NCBI GenBank assembly: GCA_037133755.1
Contig: JBAXNN010000007.1
Span: 26,545 to 90,544 of the forward strand
Reading direction: 5' to 3'
DNA from: Thermoleophilia bacterium
GTDB lineage: Bacteria; Actinomycetota; Thermoleophilia; Gaiellales; F1-60-MAGs149
DNA: 64,000 nt
A program made the position numbers and the translations under genes. Each line of letters begins with the position of its first letter. Position 1 is the first letter of the stretch. The notes under the pieces are model-generated. The model had not been told where the DNA came from. It saw only the letters and a program-made list of their open reading frames with translations, and made no database searches. Of the stretch, positions 1 to 8,176 are shown in pieces.

Positions 1-2
1 AC

Positions 3-1208
3 CGCGCCCGTGACACCGCTGCGCGCCAGGTCCGTACGGCTGCGTCGATCGCGCGGCTGCGGCTGCCGGGCGGTGCGACGGTCGCCCCGTCGGGCTCCTA
101 CGTCGTTACCGAGGATGGGGTCATTGGCGACGCTGCCATCGGGATTGGGCTACCTGCGCGCCTCAAGCAGCGCGTCGACGCCACGCCGGGGCATGTCTTC
201 ACGGAACCCGTCTTGGAGGGTACGCAGCCCGCGGTCTACGCGGGCACCCAGTTGCGCACGATCGGGTCGATCTACGCGAGCCAGTCGTTCATCGCGGATC
301 AACAGGAACTCGACGCACTGCGCGACGCGCTGATCCGCCTGACGGCCGCGGCGATCGTGATTGGTGGATTCCTGGGTGTCTTGGTTGCCTCGGCGCTGTC
401 ACGGCGTCTCCGTCGTTCTGCGGCGCTGGCACGCCAGCTCGCTGCTGGCGACCTCGACGCGCGGTTGCATCCGCGCGGGCGCGATGAGATCGCCGCGCTC
501 GGGCGCGCGCTCGACGACATGGCGGAGGCTCTCGGTCGTACCATCCGCGAGCTCGACGACGCGGCCGAACGGGAGCGCAGCTTCTCGGCCGACGTGGCGC
601 ACGAACTGCGGACGCCGATCACGGGTCTCGTCGCCGCGTCCTCGTTGCTCGATGAGACGCCGGAGGCGGTGATGGTGAAGGAGCGTGCTCGCGCGCTGGC
701 ACACCTGGTCGAGGATCTCCTCGAGGTCATGCGCCTGGACGCCGGCGCGGAGACGCCAATGGCGCAGCAGTTCGATCTCGTCCGTCTGGTCGGTGACGTC
801 GCGCGTGATCGTCTCCCTGAGGCAGAGCTGGTCCTGCCGGTCACGTGCCAGATCGAATCGGATCCGCGGCGCCTGGAACGCGTGTTGGTGAACCTCATGG
901 AGAACGCCCGCCGCTATGGCGCGGAGCCGTTTCGCGTGGTGGTCGATGCAGATGCCATGACGATCACGGTGCGAGACACCGGCACGGGCTTCGGAGCCTT
1001 TCTCGACCGGGCGGCCGATCGCTTTGCCATGGCCTCCCGTGATCGCGGCGGTGGCACAGGGCTCGGCTTGGCGATTGCCGAGGGGCAGTCGCGCGTGCTG
1101 GGGGGCGAGCTCGAGTTGCTCGACGACGACGGTGCGGTCGCCATCATCCGACTGCCCCGCACGGCCCGCGTCTCGATCGGCGCGGCGGTGGTGGGAGGAT
1201 CAGCGTGA
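3..1208 (+). CDS. HAMP-domain sensor histidine kinase (MtrB/MprB-like), 5' end outside the window
   Basis: Frame is open from the window edge. TM helix, then HAMP, H-box AHELRTP, N-box NLMENARRYG, D/G boxes DTGTGF and GTGLGLAI. Confidence 0.9.
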   Translation, partial: RARDTAARQVRTAASIARLRLPGGATVAPSGSYVVTEDGVIGDAAIGIGLPARLKQRVDATPGHVFTEPVLEGTQPAVYAGTQLRTIGSIYASQSFIADQQELDALRDALIRLTAAAIVIGGFLGVLVASALSRRLRRSAALARQLAAGDLDARLHPRGRDEIAALGRALDDMAEALGRTIRELDDAAERERSFSADVAHELRTPITGLVAASSLLDETPEAVMVKERARALAHLVEDLLEVMRLDAGAETPMAQQFDLVRLVGDVARDRLPEAELVLPVTCQIESDPRRLERVLVNLMENARRYGAEPFRVVVDADAMTITVRDTGTGFGAFLDRAADRFAMASRDRGGGTGLGLAIAEGQSRVLGGELELLDDDGAVAIIRLPRTARVSIGAAVVGGSA

Positions 1209-2152
1209 GGGGGGGCTTCGCCCTGGTCGCGGTGGCACTGATCCTCGCGGGCTGCGGCGCGGCGGGTAGCACGGTGCGCGACGAGGGACCCGCCGCCATT
1301 GGCGATAAGGCCGTCGTCTCGCCGGCGGCAGCCGCCGGCGAGGACACGGCGGCAGCAGTCCCGGCGACGCCGTCGCCAGGGGTGGCGTTCGTGTACTTCC
1401 TGCGCTACGACCAGCCCGAGCCGACGCGTCGGAGCATTCCGAGTGACTTGACCGTGCCCGAGGGCAGCCTACGTGCGTTGCTCAAGGGACCGTCGCTGGC
1501 AGAAGACGTCCTGCACTATTCGAGCGCGATTCCCGAGGAATCACGCCTGTTGGGGTTCTCCGTGCTCAACCGCACGGCGATTGTCGACCTGTCGGCGTTG
1601 CCGGCCATCTCCAGCGACCCGCAGAGCGACGGGTTGCTCGCGCTGTACCAAGTGGTCTACACCGTCACGGCAAGTGGTGCGATCGAGGCCGTGCAGGTGC
1701 GACTCAATGGGCGTCCGTATGGACTCAACTCGGTGGCCGGCGGCTCGAGTGCGCTGGAACCGCCGCTGACGCGTGCCGATCTCAGTTTCGTGATCGATGC
1801 GACCACCTTGCCCGGCAGCAGCGGCTGTGCGGTGGCGAAGGACGGCGCGGCGCCGTTCTCCGGTGTGCCCAGTGTCACGATTGCACGCCCGGCGAGCGGT
1901 GAGCAGGTCAAGACCGCGATCCAGCTGCGCGGCACGGTGCAGAGCAAGGGCGGACCTCTCGTGATCCGCATCCTGCAGAGCCAGATCGAGGTGGCCAATC
2001 GCGTGATCGACGAATCCTGTCGCGGCAGCTTTGCCGCCACAATTCCGGTTCCACGCACACTCACCGGCCCGGTCGATCTCGTCGTGATTGCGCCCGGCGT
2101 CGAGGGGCAACCCGCTGCGCAGGCCGAGCGGCAGATCGTGATCGTCGGGTAG
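1205..2152 (+). CDS. GerMN-domain lipoprotein with a C-terminal Ig-like (Gmad2-like) domain
   Basis: Lipobox LILAG-C; GerMN-like motif ALLKGPS...AIVDLS...QVVYTVT...AVQVRLNG; overlaps the kinase stop (GTGA). Confidence 0.75.
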   Translation: MRGGFALVAVALILAGCGAAGSTVRDEGPAAIGDKAVVSPAAAAGEDTAAAVPATPSPGVAFVYFLRYDQPEPTRRSIPSDLTVPEGSLRALLKGPSLAEDVLHYSSAIPEESRLLGFSVLNRTAIVDLSALPAISSDPQSDGLLALYQVVYTVTASGAIEAVQVRLNGRPYGLNSVAGGSSALEPPLTRADLSFVIDATTLPGSSGCAVAKDGAAPFSGVPSVTIARPASGEQVKTAIQLRGTVQSKGGPLVIRILQSQIEVANRVIDESCRGSFAATIPVPRTLTGPVDLVVIAPGVEGQPAAQAERQIVIVG

Positions 2153-2179
2153 CTCGCGTCCGCAGCGTAGGATGTGTTC

Positions 2180-2641
2180 ATGAGCGGTGAGGGCGAGCGC
2201 ACGGTCGCGCAGAATCGGCGGGCACGCCACGACTACTTCCTCGAAGACAACCTCGAGGCAGGCGTCGTCTTGACCGGCAGCGAGATCAAATCGCTGCGCG
2301 CCGGTGCCGCCAGCGTCAACGAGGCCTACGCGATGTTCCGGGGCGACGAGGTGTGGCTCGTGGGAGCCACCATCGAGCCGTACGCGCAGGCAGGCATGCG
2401 CAACCACGATCGTGCGCGTGATCGCAAGTTGCTGCTCCATCGGCGGGAGATCGAGAAGCTCCGCGCCCGCGTCGAGCAGAAGGGCTACACCCTCGTGCCG
2501 GTGCGCATCTATCTGAAGCAGGGGCGCGCGAAAGTTGAAGTCGCGCTCGGTCGGGGCAAGAACGTGATCGACAAGCGCGATACGGCCAAGGCGCGGGAGG
2601 CCAAGCGCGACGTCGATCGAGCCCTCAAGGAGCGCCGCTAG
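2180..2641 (+). CDS. smpB: SsrA-binding protein SmpB
   Basis: NRRARHDY, EAGVVLTGSEIKSLR, RDRKLLLHRREI motifs; TAGGAT lies 6 nt upstream of the ATG at 2180. Confidence 0.97.
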   Translation: MSGEGERTVAQNRRARHDYFLEDNLEAGVVLTGSEIKSLRAGAASVNEAYAMFRGDEVWLVGATIEPYAQAGMRNHDRARDRKLLLHRREIEKLRARVEQKGYTLVPVRIYLKQGRAKVEVALGRGKNVIDKRDTAKAREAKRDVDRALKERR

Positions 2642-2643
2642 TC

Positions 2644-3783
2644 ATGCGCCGCGCAAGCCTCGCACTCGTCGTCCTTGCCGCCGTCGTCGGCGTGGGCCTC
2701 GTCGCCGCGTTTGTGGCTCTGGGTGGCACGGACCGTCTGCGTTCGTCGCAGGCGGTTGCGACTGCTGATCCTTGCACGGCGACCGTCGTCGCGACAGAGG
2801 GCGGGAGCACCGAGGCCGAGGCGTCGACGATTCTGCTGTCCTCGCTCAACGCCGCGGCCTGCGAGCTCCACGTGTCGCGTGAAGACCTCGTGCTGGCGCT
2901 CACCGATGGCCAGGGCATTGCTGGCGCAGCGCAGATGCTCGGCGTGGAGCCACAGGCCTTGCAGGACAGCGTGATCGGGTCCATTACGAAGGCCGTCGAT
3001 GAAGAATCGGCCGCGGGGCGATTGACACCCACGACCGCACTGGCCATCAAGACGCTGATCGATGTCGTGCCGCCCGAGCAACTGCTGGCGGCCGTGCGCA
3101 ACGAGGACGGCGGGTGTGCGCCGCTCGAGTGGAAGCCCGTCGACGATCTGAAGCAGATCGCTGCCGAGGTCGGGGTGCTGACGGGTCTGCGCGCCGCATG
3201 TGCCTTGGGCGTCTCGCCGATCGAAGCGGTCTCGGCCCTCGCGGATCCCGCCGGACTCCAGGGGCTGGCAGAGCGTTCCGGCAAGTCGCAGGCCGAGGTC
3301 GAGCAGGCCGTGCGGACCGCGATGATTGCGTCCGTCGAGCAGGCGCAGCAGGCCGGCGCGTTGTCGGGTACCGAAGGCAGCGTGCTCGGCGCTGCAGCCG
3401 CAGTGGCCCCGGTCGATCGCATTCTCTCGATCGTGCGTGGAGACGACGACCCGTGCTCGGAGTTTCCCTGGTCGACAACGTCGAGCACGAGTCAGGCCCT
3501 CGCCGAGGTCGCCCTGATCGGCGTCGTCGACGCGGCCTGTCAGCTCGGGGCGCCCACCTTCGACGTCTTTGCGGCGCTGGCCAATCCCGGGGAGTTGACC
3601 ACGCTCGAACAGACCACGGGCAAGAGCGAGGAAGAGATCAACGCCGCGATCAAGAGTGGTTTGCAGAAGGGGCTCACGGAAGGGCAGGACGCCGGGGATG
3701 TCTCCGGCCTCGTGGCCTTCGGCCTCAACCTTGCGCTCTCGCAGGCCAACGTGCTCGATCTGCTGTCGAACTTCGTCGGCTAG
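2644..3783 (+). CDS. Membrane-anchored or secreted hypothetical protein with three ~113-aa helical repeats
   Basis: N-terminal hydrophobic helix; three copies of C-x27/28-AAC-x-L-[GH] units. Confidence 0.75.
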   Translation: MRRASLALVVLAAVVGVGLVAAFVALGGTDRLRSSQAVATADPCTATVVATEGGSTEAEASTILLSSLNAAACELHVSREDLVLALTDGQGIAGAAQMLGVEPQALQDSVIGSITKAVDEESAAGRLTPTTALAIKTLIDVVPPEQLLAAVRNEDGGCAPLEWKPVDDLKQIAAEVGVLTGLRAACALGVSPIEAVSALADPAGLQGLAERSGKSQAEVEQAVRTAMIASVEQAQQAGALSGTEGSVLGAAAAVAPVDRILSIVRGDDDPCSEFPWSTTSSTSQALAEVALIGVVDAACQLGAPTFDVFAALANPGELTTLEQTTGKSEEEINAAIKSGLQKGLTEGQDAGDVSGLVAFGLNLALSQANVLDLLSNFVG

Positions 3784-3786
3784 CGC

Positions 3787-5976
3787 CTACTCCTCGCTGA
3801 TGCCGATGCGGTCGTGAACGCGTCGGAGCCAGGAGGGCGCCCACCAGTTGGCTTCGCCCGCCACGCGCATGAAGGTCGGGACGAGGACGCTGCGCACGAG
3901 GGTGGCGTCGATCAGGATCGCGAAGGCGGCGCCGAAGCCGAGTTGCTTGATGTTCGTCACACCACTCGAGAGGAACGATGCGAAGACGATGGCGATCAGG
4001 AGGGCCGCCGCGGTGATGATGCGCCCCGTGCGCTGCAGGCCGAAGGCCACGGAGTCGACGGTGTTGTGCCCCGCCTCATGCTCCTCTTTGATCCGTGACA
4101 GGAGGAAGAGTTCGTAGTCCATCGAGAGGGCGAACGCGATCACGGCGACGAGTGCTAGCGACGAGAGGTCGACGGTGCCGGTGACGACGTAGTCGCCCGT
4201 CAGCCACTGCAGGCGTCCGTACTGGAAGACCCACACGAGGACCCCGAGTGTCGCCGCCAAGCTGAGGATGTTGAGGAGCAGCGCCTTGAGCGGGAGCAGC
4301 ACGCTGCCCGTGTACAGGAAGATGATCAGCAGGGTGGTGAGTCCGATCCACAGGGCCACGATCCAGGTGTTACCGACAATGCCGTTGTTCGAGTCGCCGT
4401 ACTCGGCCGCGATGCCGCCAACGAGCACTTCCGAGGCGGGAGCGGGGTAGGCGCGGAGGCTGTTGGCCAGGGCGACTCCGCGATCGTCGCGCGGCGGCAC
4501 GTCGCCGATCACAACAACGCGGGCGAGGTGGTCCTTGAACCAGCTCTTGCCGGCGGGGTTGGGGCCGAGGACGTCGCCCTTGGCGACAATCGTGTCCGGC
4601 GTCGAGACGCGCGTCACGCCTGGCAGTTTGGAGAGGTCGCGCGCATACCCCGTCAGGGCCGCCGTGCTCTCGGGGTTGCGGAGCAGGAGCTCGTACGGCG
4701 CGCCGTCATAGCCGGGGAAGCGCTCGTCGAGATAGCGGCTCGAGACTGCGGCGCGATCGTCGACCGGCAGTGCGCGATCATCGATCTGGCCGACGACCAG
4801 CGACATCGCGGGATACGCGAGGATCAGCATGATCGCGACGCCGCCGAGGAGGTACGGCAGAGGACGACGCATCGTGGTGCGAGCCACGCGCGACCAGACA
4901 CCGTCGTCGCGTGGCGACAGGTCGCCGCGGAGCAGCTTCAGTCGATTCACGTTCGGACCGAGTATGGCGAGCATGGCGGGGATGATCGTGAGGGCGCCGA
5001 GGACCGCCATCAGACTCACCGCGACTCCCGCATACGCGAAGGATTTGAGGAAGTACTGCGGAAAGATGATCAGCGAGGCGAGCGTGAACGCGACCGTGAT
5101 GCCGGAGATGAATACGGTCTTGCCCGCGGTGCGCACGGTGGTGACGACGGCATCCTCTGTCGTCGCCCCACGATGGAGTTCCTCGCGGAAGCGGTTGATC
5201 ATCAGCAGCGCGTAGTCGATGCCGAGGCCAAGACCGAGGGCGGTGACGAGGTTGAGCGCGAACACGGAGACATCGGTGATCTGCGTGACGACCAGCAGGA
5301 GCGTGAAGCTGCCGAGGATGCCGACCAGCGCAACGAGGAAGGGAAGTCCCGCGGCGACGAGCGAGCCGAAGACGAAGAGCAGGAGGATCAGCGTGATCGG
5401 GATGGCGATCATCTCGGCCTTCGCCAGGTCCTCACGCACGCGTCCGTCGACGGCGTTGAAGACCGCTCCGAAGCCGGCGATGTGGATCTCGAGCCCGTTG
5501 TGGGAGCCGTCGAAGCGCGTCGTCAGCTCCTTCGCAATCGCGATGTTGTCGACGCCGGGCTTGCCGTAGACGAGGATCTCCCCGGTACGACCGTCGCGCC
5601 CCTTGAGCTCGTCGGGTTTGTCCGATGTCCAGTAGGACATGACACTGCCGACACCGGGCTGAGCCGCAATCTCCTTGACGAGCTGCTTGGCGGCCTTCGT
5701 GGTCTCGTCGCTATCGATCTTGCCCGTTCCCGTGGCGCCGATCACGGCGAGCGGCTGGCTGGACTTGAAGTCCTTTTGCAGGAGCCCTGCGACTTCGCCG
5801 GACTGGCTGTCAGGGTTGTTGAAGCCCTCGGCTTTGAGTGCGGGGAGCACCTGCACACCAACCGAGCCGAGTGCAAGCACGGCGACGACGTAGCCGATCA
5901 GGAAGGCTTTGCGCCGGCGTACGACGACGCGCGCGTAACGCTCGAACAGGGATGCGGCGGGGGCTTCGGAGGTCAT
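3787..5976 (-). CDS. MMPL family (RND superfamily) transporter
   Basis: Duplicated TM blocks with GLGLGIDYALL and FALSMDYELFL motifs; 729 aa. Confidence 0.92.
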   Translation of the reverse strand: MTSEAPAASLFERYARVVVRRRKAFLIGYVVAVLALGSVGVQVLPALKAEGFNNPDSQSGEVAGLLQKDFKSSQPLAVIGATGTGKIDSDETTKAAKQLVKEIAAQPGVGSVMSYWTSDKPDELKGRDGRTGEILVYGKPGVDNIAIAKELTTRFDGSHNGLEIHIAGFGAVFNAVDGRVREDLAKAEMIAIPITLILLLFVFGSLVAAGLPFLVALVGILGSFTLLLVVTQITDVSVFALNLVTALGLGLGIDYALLMINRFREELHRGATTEDAVVTTVRTAGKTVFISGITVAFTLASLIIFPQYFLKSFAYAGVAVSLMAVLGALTIIPAMLAILGPNVNRLKLLRGDLSPRDDGVWSRVARTTMRRPLPYLLGGVAIMLILAYPAMSLVVGQIDDRALPVDDRAAVSSRYLDERFPGYDGAPYELLLRNPESTAALTGYARDLSKLPGVTRVSTPDTIVAKGDVLGPNPAGKSWFKDHLARVVVIGDVPPRDDRGVALANSLRAYPAPASEVLVGGIAAEYGDSNNGIVGNTWIVALWIGLTTLLIIFLYTGSVLLPLKALLLNILSLAATLGVLVWVFQYGRLQWLTGDYVVTGTVDLSSLALVAVIAFALSMDYELFLLSRIKEEHEAGHNTVDSVAFGLQRTGRIITAAALLIAIVFASFLSSGVTNIKQLGFGAAFAILIDATLVRSVLVPTFMRVAGEANWWAPSWLRRVHDRIGISEE

Positions 5977-6106
5977 GTCGCTCGCAGTAGGGTGCCACGG
6001 TTCACACGTGTCGTCGTGAGGTGTAGGGCTACCCGTACATCGTCAGATGCATGTGTAACGCCACTGTTCGCGTCGGGTCGGCAGGGTCTGGGCCAGCGTG
6101 TTCCTG

Positions 6107-6112
6107 TAGGAT
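6107..6112 (+). promoter_or_regulatory. Probable -10 element of ssrA
   Basis: TAGGAT 13 nt upstream of the mature tmRNA 5' end; the same hexamer precedes smpB and infB. Confidence 0.55.
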
Positions 6113-6125
6113 GGTGCTGTCCACA

Positions 6126-6489
<364 letters not shown>

Positions 6490-6508
6490 TGCTCCCAGGG
6501 CATTCGAT

Positions 6509-6541
6509 CCGCCTCCCCGACCGGGGAGGCGGTCTCGTTTC
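6509..6541 (+). terminator. Intrinsic terminator-like hairpin after ssrA
   Basis: CCGCCTCCCC-GACC-GGGGAGGCGG followed by TCTCGTTT. Confidence 0.7.
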
Positions 6542-6574
6542 GCGGCGTGTTCAGCCGGCGGTAGGCTTTTGGGC

Positions 6575-7306
6575 ATGGACGAAGCGGCGCACGAGGGGAT
6601 CGATCGTCGTGGCCTGCTGGCCGTCGGACTTGGCGGTGTGGTCGCCGCGGGGATGATCGGCGCGAGGACGGCCGACGCTGCCACCGGCAGCACGAAGGAT
6701 GGTCTGCCGAACACCGCCCACTTCCGCGTGGTGGATCGCATGGCGCGGCAGCGCGCGATCCCCGTCATCCGCGACTCCTCGTGGCGTGCGGCGCTCGCGT
6801 CGGCCCGTCGTTGGGTGGCGGCGGGGGCCACCATCGTCGAGCTGACGACGAGTACCGCCGACGTCCACCGCGCTACCCGCGCGCTCGTCGCCGAGGGCGT
6901 CGCCGTCGGGGTCGGCACGATGCGCACGCGCGACGATGTCCGCCGGGCGGCAGCAGCGGGCGCCTCGGTCGTCTTCGCACCAGGTACCTTCCCGGCGTTG
7001 ATCGACGAGGCCCTGGCACAGGGGATCGTCCCGGTACCCGGCACGATGACGCCCACCGAGGTCTATCAGTCGCTGGCGGCGCCGATGGTCAAGATCTATC
7101 CCGCCGAGGTCGTGGGCATCCCGTACCTCAAGGCACTGCTGGCGGTCTATCCGGATTTGCGCACGTATCCCAACGGCGGGTTCACGGCTGACCCTTCGGT
7201 GGCGCGAGCGTGGCTGGACGCAGGTGCCACCGCGATTGGAATCTCGGCTGGCACGTTCGACGACGAGGCCGCGATCCGCGCGTACCTCGCCGCCGTGCGT
7301 GCTTAG
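6575..7306 (+). CDS. KDPG/KHG aldolase (Eda)-family protein with a twin-arginine-type signal peptide
   Basis: IPVIR, IVELT, VGVGT, VPGTMTPTEV, VKIYPA (Schiff-base Lys) and PNGG motifs; N-terminus DRRGLL + hydrophobic stretch + ADA; TAGGCT 7 nt before the ATG. Confidence 0.8.
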   Translation: MDEAAHEGIDRRGLLAVGLGGVVAAGMIGARTADAATGSTKDGLPNTAHFRVVDRMARQRAIPVIRDSSWRAALASARRWVAAGATIVELTTSTADVHRATRALVAEGVAVGVGTMRTRDDVRRAAAAGASVVFAPGTFPALIDEALAQGIVPVPGTMTPTEVYQSLAAPMVKIYPAEVVGIPYLKALLAVYPDLRTYPNGGFTADPSVARAWLDAGATAIGISAGTFDDEAAIRAYLAAVRA

Positions 7307-7590
7307 TCCTGCAGGCCCTCGACGCCCGGTGCGGCGAACGCGACCGAGTACTCGCGGACGTCGTACTCGAAGACGCCGTTGATGATGAACGGGTCGGCGG
7401 CAATCCAGGCCTCGACTTCGCTGCGGCTGCCGGCCTTCGCGACGATCGCACCACCTGCGCCACCCTCCTCGAGTGCGCCAGCGAGGAAATGGCCCGCGCC
7501 GGCGTGCTCTTGCACCCAAGCCACGTGGCCGTCGCGGTGGGGGTCGACCTCGTCGAGCGGGGCGGTGTAACGACCGAGCAGCAGGAACAT
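7303..7590 (-). CDS. YciI family protein
   Basis: H...WV...G.FLAG, GGAIV, ADPF...GV motifs; GGAGG Shine-Dalgarno. Confidence 0.88.
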   Translation of the reverse strand: MFLLLGRYTAPLDEVDPHRDGHVAWVQEHAGAGHFLAGALEEGGAGGAIVAKAGSRSEVEAWIAADPFIINGVFEYDVREYSVAFAAPGVEGLQD

Positions 7591-7705
7591 GCGGAACCTC
7601 CGGGAGGGGCACCGGTGTGGTGCCGATGACGTGGCGCGACGGTACCAGAGCCGCGGCTGCCTGACGAGGTCGGCGGTGGGATCCGCGTGGCACTAGGCTG
7701 CAGCC

Positions 7706-8122
7706 ATGACCCTAATCGCCTCTGCCCGCTCCACGCCGCGCCTCCTCAAGCAGGACGTCCTCGTCGACGGCCGTTTTCATGTCATCACCGATGAGCCCGA
7801 GCATCTCGGCGGGACCGACGAGGGCCCTTCGCCCCACGAGTTGCTCGTCGCTGCCCTCGCGGCCTGCACCGCCACGGCCGTCTCGGCCTACGTGCGCACC
7901 AAGGAATGGGATGTCGGCGGGATCCGCGTGGACGTGGAGTACGAGCAGAAAGCCGAGCCGCGCGAGTTCCGCCTCACAATCAACCTTGAGAAGCCGATCA
8001 CCGACGAGCAACGGGATCGACTCGACAAGGTCGCCGAGAGCTGCGCCGTGCGTCGCGCATTGCTGACGGGCTTTGACATCCGCGAGTGCATCGTTGCCCA
8101 CAGCGTGGGGGATTGCGGGTAG
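7706..8122 (+). CDS. OsmC/Ohr family protein
   Basis: DEP..LGG.D.GPSPHELLVAALAACT and a second Cys in SCAVRRAL. Confidence 0.9.
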   Translation: MTLIASARSTPRLLKQDVLVDGRFHVITDEPEHLGGTDEGPSPHELLVAALAACTATAVSAYVRTKEWDVGGIRVDVEYEQKAEPREFRLTINLEKPITDEQRDRLDKVAESCAVRRALLTGFDIRECIVAHSVGDCG

Positions 8123-8176
8123 TTGTGCGAGGTAGACGCGCTGTCGAAGCGCTGGGGCAGCGAGTAGGCTTTCGCC

